Notes under the pieces: generated by a model
Database searches by the model: none
What the model saw: the letters and a program-made list of their open reading frames with translations, nothing else
Told to the model about the DNA's origin: nothing
Shown here: one piece after another, positions 43,537-51,580 of the stretch
How positions within the stretch are numbered: the first letter of the stretch is position 1
Layout of the letters: each line of letters begins with the position of its first letter
From: a virus
Lineage: Duplodnaviria > Caudoviricetes
DNA: 51,580 bases
Direction: 5' to 3' (one strand)
IMG/VR virus record: IMGVR_UViG_3300020061_000009
Coordinates: 1-51,580 of that record
Program-made: the position numbers and the translations under genes

Positions 43537-43886
43537 TCAGTCCACTCCAGCCTGGGAAAGGTTCAGTTCCGCCCGGATCGCGGCCCCGTAGCTCCGGCCG
43601 ACATCGATGCGGGTCTTCACCGCGTCAATGCGGCGCCGCAGATGCCGCACCGCCGCATCTGCCACGTCGGCGGCGAGTCGTTGGGTGTGGGTCTCTATCA
43701 CCGCCGTGTGCTTGCGGGCATCGACCGACCCGATTGCGACCATGAAACTGCGCGAGAACGCCAGGTCGGCTGCCGCCCGCAGTTCCGTCGCCTCACGATC
43801 GGCGGCATCCGCACGGTGTCAGCGAGTTCGTTCGCCAACCGTGACAGCTGCAACGCCACCTCGTTCGGAGTCGCTGGCGCCGTCAT
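43537..43886 (-). pseudogene. Frameshifted coiled-coil phage gene
   Basis: MTAPATPNEV start and GSVDARKH...IDVGRSYGAAIR body in different frames; 350-nt span. Confidence 0.6.
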
Positions 43887-43923
43887 GTCCCCGCCACCAT
43901 CTCCGCCCTCCGGGTGTTGGCGG

Positions 43924-44850
43924 TCACGACGTCCACCCACAGCGACAGTCGGTGTAGATGCACAGGCCGTACTCGTCGTGATGGCAGTTGCCGGCCGAGC
44001 AGGAAGGGCACACGTTCCGCGAGGGCCACAGGCGCCGCGACCACACGGCCGGCCGGGTCACAATCCACAGCCACAAGTGCCGCAACGCCGTCATGCGGCC
44101 ACCCCCATCGGCTGACGTGCCTCGCGGTGCGCTACGGCCGGCAGGACCAGTGGTGGACGCCCGAACGTTGGGGTGCGCTCGATAGCCATGGCGATCCGGA
44201 TCACGGCGAAATCGGCAGCCCACTCGGACCGGACTGCCTTCACCGCCGCCGGAGCCGGCTCCAGTTCGGGGCACCACACCAGGCGCCGCGGCGGCACGTG
44301 CATATCGATCCGGTCGGAGGCGATCATGCCGCCAACCAGCAACATGTATACAGGCACGGGCAGCAAGACGACGATCGCATAGATGGTTGTCGTCACGGGG
44401 TCTCCGTTCCGGTGGCCGGGAGTTGGTACAGCGCTTCCAGGGCATCAACCTCGTCGAGGCGGCGGGTGGCGCAGTGGCCCAAGTCCTCGATGCCTCTGTG
44501 CGGCGCGGCTGAGAAGGCGCGCCCGAGCTCGCTGATATGCAGGTAGGCGCTCCCCAGCACGACCAGCATCAGGAGAAGGAAGGTCGCGGTCATGACAATC
44601 CACTTGCTCCGGCTGCGACCGCGGCCAGAAGGGCGACCGCTGCGAGCATGCCCGCGCCGAACCAGGCGGCCGCCCGGGCGCGCCGACCTGCCCGGGCGAG
44701 GCGCCGTCGGCAGCAGGCCGGTGAACGGCCAGCGCGTTCGCAACGCACACACAGGTCGTCCACGCGAAGTCGGGCGCCGTATAGGGCGCTGTAGCTGGGA
44801 GCTGGAGCGGATGGTGTGCGAAGCGTTGCCACGACGGGGAATCCCTTCAT
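43924..44850 (-). CDS. Four small coupled genes (43924-44094, 44091-44396, 44393-44593, 44590-44850), several with TM helices
   Basis: ATGA/GTGA overlaps. Confidence 0.5.
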
Positions 44851-44922
44851 GTGGGTTCGGGTTTGCTGTTGGGTTCCGGTGCGGGCCGCGGAAGGGTCGG
44901 TCCCGCACCGGACCCGTCGGGG

Positions 44923-45732
44923 TCAGGCCGCCTCGGCCTCGGCTGCCTCTGCCGGGGCGGCTGGCGCCTCGGACGTCTCCGAAACCTCCTCCGCCGGTTC
45001 GGCGGACTCGGGGCTCTCGGTCGTGACGTTGCCCATGGGTGCTCCTTTCGTTGGCCTGGTCCGCTGACGCGGACCAGGGGTCTGTGGCGCGGTCGGATCC
45101 ACCACGCCCGGGGTCGCGGCGATCACGTCACCAACGTCAGCCGGGGCTGTGCCGGCGGCGTATGCGACCGTCGCGGTAGCGAGGCCCGTGTACGTGGACT
45201 GAGTTGACCTGCCGGTGTGCGCGCTGCGAAGCACCTGTGTGGACGGACCGAACTTGGCGCCCTGGTCCCAGGCGTCGATGCCCTGTCCTAGGTAGACGAT
45301 TGACCACTGGCCCGTCTTCTGACGGACTTCGAGGAGTTTGCGGATGCGGCCCCAGCTGAAGTCGCGTGAGTGGTTCTCGCCGCCGTCGGTTTGGATCACG
45401 AGGAGGACCCGGTCGTCGTCGCTGAGGGTCGTCGCGGCTTCGAACTGGGTGATGGTCTTGCCGACCGCGTCGAGTAGGGCGGTCATGCCGGTCGGGGTGT
45501 AGTTGGTGTGGGTGAGTTCCGGGACCGCGGCCAGTTTCGCTGCGACGCACAGGGTGATGAACCGGTCGTCGAACAGGGTCACCGTGATCCGGTAACGCGT
45601 GCCGGTCTCTGCCTTGTTCGTCCTCAGCTGTTGCAGGTACGAGTTGAACCCGCCGCGTACGTCCTCGGCGAGGGTGCGCATCGAGCTGGACATGTCAGTA
45701 ACGAATAGGACGTGGGTCGTTGCTTTGCTCAC
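44923..45732 (-). CDS. vWA-domain protein with acidic tail (possibly a fused small gene)
   Basis: MIDAS DMSSSM, T.LLDAVG, TDG.EN. Confidence 0.85.
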   Translation of the reverse strand: MSKATTHVLFVTDMSSSMRTLAEDVRGGFNSYLQQLRTNKAETGTRYRITVTLFDDRFITLCVAAKLAAVPELTHTNYTPTGMTALLDAVGKTITQFEAATTLSDDDRVLLVIQTDGGENHSRDFSWGRIRKLLEVRQKTGQWSIVYLGQGIDAWDQGAKFGPSTQVLRSAHTGRSTQSTYTGLATATVAYAAGTAPADVGDVIAATPGVVDPTAPQTPGPRQRTRPTKGAPMGNVTTESPESAEPAEEVSETSEAPAAPAEAAEAEAA

Positions 45733-45806
45733 ACTGTTCCCTTTCCTTTGAGAGCCGGCCGGCGTCGAAGGCGCCGGTTCAGTCCGTCGACCTGGCGGTT
45801 TTTCGT

Positions 45807-46631
45807 CTACCCCACATCGCTTTTCCACCAGTTCGGCAGTTTCTTCCCACCGCGACCGCTGTTGTTTATGTCCACCGCGGCGGCGGCGATACAGTGGGCC
45901 CGGGGATTGCCTGTCGCAAGACGGATGTTCTCCGCTTTGCCGAGAAGCCCATTCACGCCGCCGAGTGCGCCACCAAGGCGTTTGACCAAATGGGCATCGT
46001 CGAGGTCGCCGTTGAAGCGGTCGCAGAGCATCCCCAGCCCGTCGATGACCTGCGCTTCCAGGCCCGGGTCGCCGTAGGCGTCGCGGATGACACGGAGAGT
46101 TCGGCCCAATGTCGCGCCGCCTGCCCGGCGGTACACCCGCATCAACGTGCCAACGGCGGAGATCGCGCCGTTGCCCTTGTCCGAAGACACCCGCAGGCCG
46201 TTGCTGCGAACGATTCGGTCGACGTCGCTCTCGTCGATCCGCCCCGCGTGAACCCCGACCCGAAACTTGGCGAACGCGGACACTGTCAGGGTGTCGTTGA
46301 GTTTGAGGAATACGTCAGCTTCCTCGCCCTCGGAGAGGCCGTCGTAGGTCCAGCATTGGATCTGCTGGTCTTCCCACCCGCCGTCCCCGAACCATTTCTT
46401 CAGTGCCTCTGTTCGGTGTTGGCCGTCGATGGTGTAGAAGTATTCGCCGCGGTGGTTGACGGTGGGGGCACCGAATTGCTCGAGGTCGAATTCGGCGACG
46501 AGTTTGTCGACGCGGGCCTGGTTGATGTCTCGTTGCGCCAGCGGGTTGACGCGCATCTTGATGAGGGGTACCCACTTCAGGTGAGCCGTCCGCTCGACCT
46601 TGGTGCCTGTCTTAGGCCTGGTGTTGATCAC
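45807..46631 (-). CDS. ParB/Srx-like protein (DUF6551-like)
   Basis: QR...V...IDGQHR motif. Confidence 0.75.
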   Translation of the reverse strand: MINTRPKTGTKVERTAHLKWVPLIKMRVNPLAQRDINQARVDKLVAEFDLEQFGAPTVNHRGEYFYTIDGQHRTEALKKWFGDGGWEDQQIQCWTYDGLSEGEEADVFLKLNDTLTVSAFAKFRVGVHAGRIDESDVDRIVRSNGLRVSSDKGNGAISAVGTLMRVYRRAGGATLGRTLRVIRDAYGDPGLEAQVIDGLGMLCDRFNGDLDDAHLVKRLGGALGGVNGLLGKAENIRLATGNPRAHCIAAAAVDINNSGRGGKKLPNWWKSDVG

Positions 46632-47775
46632 GGACGATCTCCCTCATTCGCTTATTGAGTTCGGTGAGAACCCGGATGGATTTGGTGAGGGACGTGGCCA
46701 GCGCCGGTAGCTCCGTCGCGTCCAGGTCGTTGTAGTTCACGAGTCCGAGGGCCATCTCGGCGTCGGCGAGGTTTTGGATGGTCACCCGGACGATGCGATT
46801 GGAGTCGATGGTTTTGGTGGTGTTTCTTCCCATGGCGCGGTCGGCTGGCAGTTCGATGCCTCCGTCGCGGGCGATGCGTCGTACGGACTCGGCCTGCAAT
46901 CCGATCTGTTCGCCGATCTGGTGGGAGCTGTAGCCGCGGGGGGCGAGTTCCCGGATCAGGTCGTGTCGCCGCTCGACCGCGGCCCGGCTCTTGTCGGTTG
47001 GGGCCGGGATCCAGTCGGCGTTGCGCTCCGACTCCGACCCGATCTGAGTGGGCGGGTCTGCGGACCCGGCCGCGCCGCGCGCCGCGTACAGCGCCTCAGG
47101 GTCAGCCGCAGGCGGCGCGGTGGCGGGGGAGTCCTCCTCCTCGTGGGCACGTAGCTTCTCGCGTAGTCGGCGGGCTTCGCCGACGAGGCCTGCGCCCTGG
47201 TCCATGGCGTTGAGCGCCTTCTCGGCGAGGTCCCGGGCCTCCGCGTCCTGGCTTGTGGCGATCTGGTGGACGTAGCGGAGTTCGGAGTAGGCCCGGCCGG
47301 ACATGCCGAGGGTTTCGCCGACAGCGTCGTTCGTCCGTTCAACTTGTGGGTACGCCGTACCCAGAGGTTCGCGGCCCAGATCTGTTCGGGCGCCCTGACG
47401 CGCTCGCGACGACCGGACCTCCAACTCGTACAAGGCGGCGCCGAGGGAGGCTAGCTCCGATGGCAGCATGTCCTTGCGGCAGCTGTTCTCGTGAAGTTCC
47501 GCGCGGAGGAGCGTTACGGCATCGCCGAAGTTGTCGACGAACCGGACCGGGACGGCGCCCCAGCCGAGGAACCGACACGCCTCGAGTCGCCGCTGCCCGG
47601 CGATGAGACGGCCAGTCCGCGTCAGGGTGATCGGGTTGAGCAGCCCAACGTCGTTGACGGATGCGGCGAGTGAGGCAATGTCTCCCAGATCCTTGCGGTG
47701 CCGGCCGACAACCTGAATGACGTCGATGTCGACGAACGCGTCTACCGCCGTCGAGTTGATCGTTGCCGACGTCAT
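46612..47775 (-). CDS. ParB N-terminal domain protein with C-terminal HTH
   Basis: LAASV..VGLLNPI...LIAGQRRLEA, EN..RKD. Confidence 0.82.
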   Translation of the reverse strand: MTSATINSTAVDAFVDIDVIQVVGRHRKDLGDIASLAASVNDVGLLNPITLTRTGRLIAGQRRLEACRFLGWGAVPVRFVDNFGDAVTLLRAELHENSCRKDMLPSELASLGAALYELEVRSSRARQGARTDLGREPLGTAYPQVERTNDAVGETLGMSGRAYSELRYVHQIATSQDAEARDLAEKALNAMDQGAGLVGEARRLREKLRAHEEEDSPATAPPAADPEALYAARGAAGSADPPTQIGSESERNADWIPAPTDKSRAAVERRHDLIRELAPRGYSSHQIGEQIGLQAESVRRIARDGGIELPADRAMGRNTTKTIDSNRIVRVTIQNLADAEMALGLVNYNDLDATELPALATSLTKSIRVLTELNKRMREIVRDQHQA

Positions 47776-48080
47776 GCCGCACCGCCCGACATCAGGTGCG
47801 CTACCCGCCACAGGGCGGCATGTGCGACTCCGCGGGGTGTGTGGACGGGCGCCGTGTACGTTGTGACGCCCGGCGGGTCGAAGTCGACGCGCTCAAGGGT
47901 GGTTAAGGCCCGGACGTATATCCCGGATGCGAGTTCGGTGACCTTGCCGGCGCGGGCCATCAGCGCCCATCCGAATCTGTCCATGACCGCGTACGCGACC
48001 CGTTCGGGTTCGAGCTGGGGCCGGTGCACGTACGCTTCGAGGCGGTAGCCGGAGTCGACGATCCGGACCACGGCCGTCAT
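47772..48080 (-). CDS. Hypothetical protein
   Basis: Coupled ORF. Confidence 0.6.
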   Translation of the reverse strand: MTAVVRIVDSGYRLEAYVHRPQLEPERVAYAVMDRFGWALMARAGKVTELASGIYVRALTTLERVDFDPPGVTTYTAPVHTPRGVAHAALWRVAHLMSGGAA

Positions 48081-48265
48081 GACGCGGCCTCCGCCTGCTG
48101 CTCGACCCAGGCGTCAACGTCGGCCCAGTAGTAGCGGATGTGGCGTCCGACGCGGAATCCCTTCGGGCCGGTGTCTCGTTTCCGCCAGGTGTAGAGGGTC
48201 TGCACCGGCACCGCGAGGTACGCGCTGACCTCATCGACGCTGGCGAGGGGGCGCCGGGCGCTCAC
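48077..48265 (-). CDS. Excisionase-like HTH protein
   Basis: EVSAYLAVPVQTLYTWR...GPKGFRVGRHIRY..ADVDAW. Confidence 0.88.
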   Translation of the reverse strand: MSARRPLASVDEVSAYLAVPVQTLYTWRKRDTGPKGFRVGRHIRYYWADVDAWVEQQAEAAS

Positions 48266-48519
48266 TTGGCCACCTCGACGACTTCGAAGAGGTCGCTGAA
48301 GGCCACGTCGGGATGGCCCGCGAAGGCGTTCATGACCGTGGCGACGAAGGTCGCGCCGGGCCAGTTCACGCGTTTCGTGACGCGGGAGTACGTCGACAGT
48401 TCCAGGCCCAGAAATTTGGCTTTGTCTGTCTTGGTGAGGATCCCCTGCGCGGCTGCCCAACGGTCGAACACGTCGACTCGGAAGCGGAGCCTGCGAGTTG
48501 ATTCGGTTCGAGTGGGCAT
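48262..48519 (-). CDS. Cro-like HTH protein
   Basis: AKFLGLELSTYSRV...PG..F; divergent from the repressor. Confidence 0.75.
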   Translation of the reverse strand: MPTRTESTRRLRFRVDVFDRWAAAQGILTKTDKAKFLGLELSTYSRVTKRVNWPGATFVATVMNAFAGHPDVAFSDLFEVVEVAK

Positions 48520-48600
48520 GCGCGCACGCTAACAGAGTCGGGCGTGCACGCAAGTGGCGCTCGCGCACGCCCGAACTTGATTGCGCGCGTGCAACCCAGC
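48518..48600. promoter_or_regulatory. Lysis/lysogeny switch region with repeated operator-like motifs
   Basis: CG(C/T)GCACGC three times plus TTGCGCGCGTGCAA near-palindrome between divergent HTH genes. Confidence 0.55.
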
Positions 48601-48612
48601 ATCATCTATTGC

Positions 48613-49098
48613 ATGAACGCAATAGCCAAGGTCACGGACGGCGGCGGGCGGTCGACCACGACACGCCAAACCGTTGGTAACGATTCGGCCACGACGAGCT
48701 TCGCCGCGTACCTGCGCGCTTTCATGCGCGCGAACGGGATGACGCAGAACGCCGAGCTTGCGCGTTACGTCGGTGTCGAAGCGTCCGCGATCGGTCGGTG
48801 GCTGTCTGGACAGCAGCAGCCGAGCTTCGACAACCTCAGCAGGATGGCGCCCCGCCTCGGCAGCCTCCCCGACCTCCTGATCGTGGCGGGGTTGGCGACG
48901 GCCGAGGCTTTAGGGGTGAGCACGGAGCCGCGGGAGCCGCTGCCACCCGGGGTTGAATGGGCCAATGCCCTGGTCCGCGACAAGACCATCTCCAGGGAGC
49001 ATCGCAGGCATCTCGACCAGATCGTCGGGTATGCGATCACGATGTGGCAGGAGGCGCGCAATCCGCCCCAGGAGGCCCAGCACCGCGAGCGGACATGA
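48613..49098 (+). CDS. XRE-family immunity repressor
   Basis: ELARYVGVEASAIGRWLSG...PS...L. Confidence 0.82.
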   Translation: MNAIAKVTDGGGRSTTTRQTVGNDSATTSFAAYLRAFMRANGMTQNAELARYVGVEASAIGRWLSGQQQPSFDNLSRMAPRLGSLPDLLIVAGLATAEALGVSTEPREPLPPGVEWANALVRDKTISREHRRHLDQIVGYAITMWQEARNPPQEAQHRERT

Positions 49099-49229
49099 CC
49101 CGCCCTGCGGCTTGACCACGCCCCCCGGGCCCCAGCCTGCACCCACAACTCAACCCGGTTGTCCGCCCGGGGAATCACCGGGTATCGTGGCCGATCGACC
49201 CCACCAGTCGCCCTTGGAGCGGAGATCGT

Positions 49230-49496
49230 ATGCCCACAAGCGCCCGCACGACGCCACCGCCAACTACTGATCCAGATGTTCCTACCGGAGGAGGGCAGTC
49301 CAAGTACACGGTGATGCTGACGCCCCGGTCCGTCGCAGCCCTGGCTGAGGCTGCGAGCAACAACCATGAGACCCGGACCAACGTAATTAACCGGGGCATC
49401 CAGCTCTATTTGCTGATCACCCGATTGATCAGCAATGGCTGGAGCATCGTTGCTCGCGACAAGGATGGCCACGAACAGCAGATCCAGCTCCTCTAA
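49230..49496 (+). CDS. RHH/CopG-like DNA-binding protein
   Basis: TVML...AL..A......T.VINRGIQLY. Confidence 0.6.
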   Translation: MPTSARTTPPPTTDPDVPTGGGQSKYTVMLTPRSVAALAEAASNNHETRTNVINRGIQLYLLITRLISNGWSIVARDKDGHEQQIQLL

Positions 49497-49599
49497 ACAA
49501 TCCCCCGCCGGGGGACGGGGAGGACATCACACCCGATCGCCCGACGAGGACATCACACCCCGATCACCCGACTGCCGATCAAGGAAGGGCTCTGTCACC

Positions 49600-50079
49600 G
49601 TGGACATCATGACTGACCACCCCACAATCGTGCAGCGTCGGCCGCGCACGTCGGCCGTCCTGGCGTTCGCCGTCCTGGCCGTGGCCGCACTCGCCGTCGG
49701 CGCCTACATCGTGACGCGGCAGACGACCATCGACAGCACCCCCACCGGGCCGGGCGTTGGCCTTGGAGCCGCATCCGCAACGCCGGCCGCACCCACAACG
49801 GCGGCCCGGGTACGTGTCGCGGACCTCATGGCCCGGGCGGGCTGCAACGGCCAAGTAATCGGCACACAGCTCTACTCGTATGAGACCGGTCGATGCGACG
49901 TCGTCGGCACGTCGGTGACGATCGCCGTGTTCGACACCGACCAGCTGCGGGACCAATGGGTCGAGGCTGGTCGCCAGTTCGGTGGGACGTTCGTGGTCGG
50001 GACGGGGTGGGCTGCCGGGTTGGAGAATCCCGACGCTGCCGCCGGTGTCGCATCGAAGCTGCAAGGGCGGGTCCTGTAG
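49600..50079 (+). CDS. Membrane-anchored exported protein, possible superinfection exclusion
   Basis: N-terminal TM helix; C...C...VVG.GW. Confidence 0.65.
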   Translation: MDIMTDHPTIVQRRPRTSAVLAFAVLAVAALAVGAYIVTRQTTIDSTPTGPGVGLGAASATPAAPTTAARVRVADLMARAGCNGQVIGTQLYSYETGRCDVVGTSVTIAVFDTDQLRDQWVEAGRQFGGTFVVGTGWAAGLENPDAAAGVASKLQGRVL

Positions 50080-50187
50080 GGAGGCGAGTTGCTTTCGTAC
50101 CGTCGGCCCCCGGTTGCTCTGCCGGGGGCCGTTTCATGCTCATCCGCTTGGCGCAAGCCCGGCCGTCAGGCGGTGCTCGCCCTGCCG

Positions 50188-50221
50188 GAAAAAAAAGACC
50201 CGGCCCACGAGGGACCGGGTG
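50188..50221. terminator. Hairpin with flanking A-tract
   Basis: AAAAAAAG-ACCCGG...CCGGGT; imperfect copy at ~50239-50268. Confidence 0.45.
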
Positions 50222-50344
50222 AGTTTTGTCTGGAGCAAGACCCAGACCACGAGGGACCAGGTGGGTTGTATTGGGAGCATACGACTGTGCATGGCGTCGG
50301 TGTCAAGCGCGCACACTCAGGTGCCAGGTCGGGCCTGTGGGTAA

Positions 50345-50587
50345 AAACCGGGACTAAACCGGGACCCAAAGATCAACTTGACTTGTGATCAAGGCGCTGA
50401 CCTGGACTTTCGCTCTCCCGTTTGGACCCGAACACTGAACCTGCTGGATACTATGTCCTTGTGAGTCGACAGTAGTCAGTGATGGTCGAAACACGTTGTG
50501 ACCAGGCGCCATCCGGCCCCCGCTTCCATCAACATCGATCACCTGTGGTTGACATTTGGCGTTGTTTTCCGGGACTATTCCGGGGAC
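50345..50587. other. attP-like site: paired arm-type repeats flanking a core resembling a tRNA 3' end
   Basis: AAACCGGGAC x2 (50345-50365); TTTCCGGGAC/ATTCCGGGGAC (50566-50587); core revcomp GTTCGGGTCCAAACGGGAGAGC. Confidence 0.6.
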
Positions 50588-50613
50588 GCCAACGAACGAT
50601 CAGGGGTGACGTG

Positions 50614-51580
50614 ATGGGTAGGCCGACGCTTGCGGTGGGCACGTACGGAGCGATCAGAACCAAGAGGGAAGCGACGAAGGGCGGCAGTCGTTACAGCGCC
50701 CGGGCGCTATACCGAGACTTCGACGGCCACACTCGGGAGGTGGAGCGCCACCGGCCGACCCAGGCTGCCGCGGAGCGGGCGTTGAAGGAGGCCTTTCGCG
50801 ACCGTAGCCGCGCCACCGGTGGCGCGGAACTCACGCCGGACACTCGCGTGAGGGATCTCGCCACCGCCTGGTGGACGGAGTTCGAGCGGTTGCAGCGAAG
50901 TCCTACCACTGTCGAGCGTTACCGCGCCCGACTCGATAAGCAGATCTTGCCGGGTGTCGGCGCCCTACGGGTGCGGGAGTTGACGACCGGCGCGGTGGAG
51001 CGTCTCCTGCGGGTGGTCGAGACCCGCCACGGTGCCGCCGCGGCGAAGATGACCCGGACCGTCCTGTCGGCGCTGTGCAGGTACGCCTGCCAGCACGATC
51101 TTGTCGATCGCAACCCGGTACGGGAGACGTCGGCGATCTCTGTCAAGCCAAGGCGGGCCCCATTCGCGTTGGCGTTGGCGTGCGCACGCCAACTGCTGGC
51201 GGCGTTGACCTATGACCCCAAGGCGGTGAGGTGTGACCTCGTTGACCTCGTTGCGGTGATGGCAGCCACGGGTATCCGAGTTGGGGAGGTACTCGCGCTG
51301 CGGTGGGATGCCTTCGACTGGGAGGCGGGGACGTTGGAGGTGCGTGGCACCGTGATCCGCATCAAGGGCTTGGGCCTCGTGATCAACCAACCAAAGACCC
51401 GGGCCGGTTTCAGAAGACTTGAGCTGTCGGCTTGGTGTGTGCGGATGTTGGTGGAGCGCAGGCTCGCGGCACCGGCCCCGCCGAAGGACCGGACCGTCAC
51501 CGTCCTCCGGGATGACGGCACGCTCGACAAGGTCAAGCTGACCGAGACGAATATGCTCGTCTTCCCGTCCCCGGTGGTGA
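50614..51580 (+). CDS. int: Tyrosine integrase (runs off right edge)
   Basis: Manual translation MGRPTLAVGTYGAI...RNPV...ATGIRVGEVLALRW...PKT. Confidence 0.92.
   Translation, partial: MGRPTLAVGTYGAIRTKREATKGGSRYSARALYRDFDGHTREVERHRPTQAAAERALKEAFRDRSRATGGAELTPDTRVRDLATAWWTEFERLQRSPTTVERYRARLDKQILPGVGALRVRELTTGAVERLLRVVETRHGAAAAKMTRTVLSALCRYACQHDLVDRNPVRETSAISVKPRRAPFALALACARQLLAALTYDPKAVRCDLVDLVAVMAATGIRVGEVLALRWDAFDWEAGTLEVRGTVIRIKGLGLVINQPKTRAGFRRLELSAWCVRMLVERRLAAPAPPKDRTVTVLRDDGTLDKVKLTETNMLVFPSPVV

Larger units (their letters stand above)
1..51580 (-). mobile_element. Actinobacterial temperate phage/prophage segment from integrase to terminase; structural genes expected beyond the left edge
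   Basis: Integrase, repressor/Cro, excisionase, WhiB, primase-helicase, HNH and terS/terL in canonical siphovirus order; high GC. Confidence 0.93.

Noticed and set aside
49520-49567. GAGGACATCACACCCGATC direct repeat as a mini-array
   Set aside because: Only two copies; more likely an operator pair or a local duplication.

Overview
This window is about half of a high-GC actinobacterial temperate phage or prophage, transcribed mostly on the - strand. In transcription order (right to left) it carries: (1) a tyrosine integrase with an attP-like site, a repressor/Cro switch and an excisionase; (2) early genes (ParB-like proteins, vWA, HNH, WhiB, C5 DNA methyltransferase, DUF2303, SPFH); (3) a replication module (RecD-like helicase, Cas4-like nuclease, SSB, primase-SF3 helicase, VRR-NUC); (4) an RNA/translation accessory region; and (5) an HNH gene plus terminase small and large subunits. 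The accessory region holds a T4-PNKP-like kinase/phosphatase, a metallophosphoesterase, a conserved coiled-coil protein followed by a ~430-nt structured RNA, a GntR-associated ATP-grasp RiPP cluster, and an array of 35 tRNA genes covering all 20 amino acids. Two candidates stand out as novel. The first is a promoter - 34-codon 'codon-sampler' leader peptide - antiterminator/terminator switch directly upstream of the tRNA array, which looks like a general translation-stress attenuator. The second is the coiled-coil protein plus an RNA containing two circularly permuted tRNA-like domains, a candidate ribonucleoprotein system. All calls come from manual reading and motif recall; no database searches were run, so family names and starts need confirmation and coordinates may be off by a few nt.
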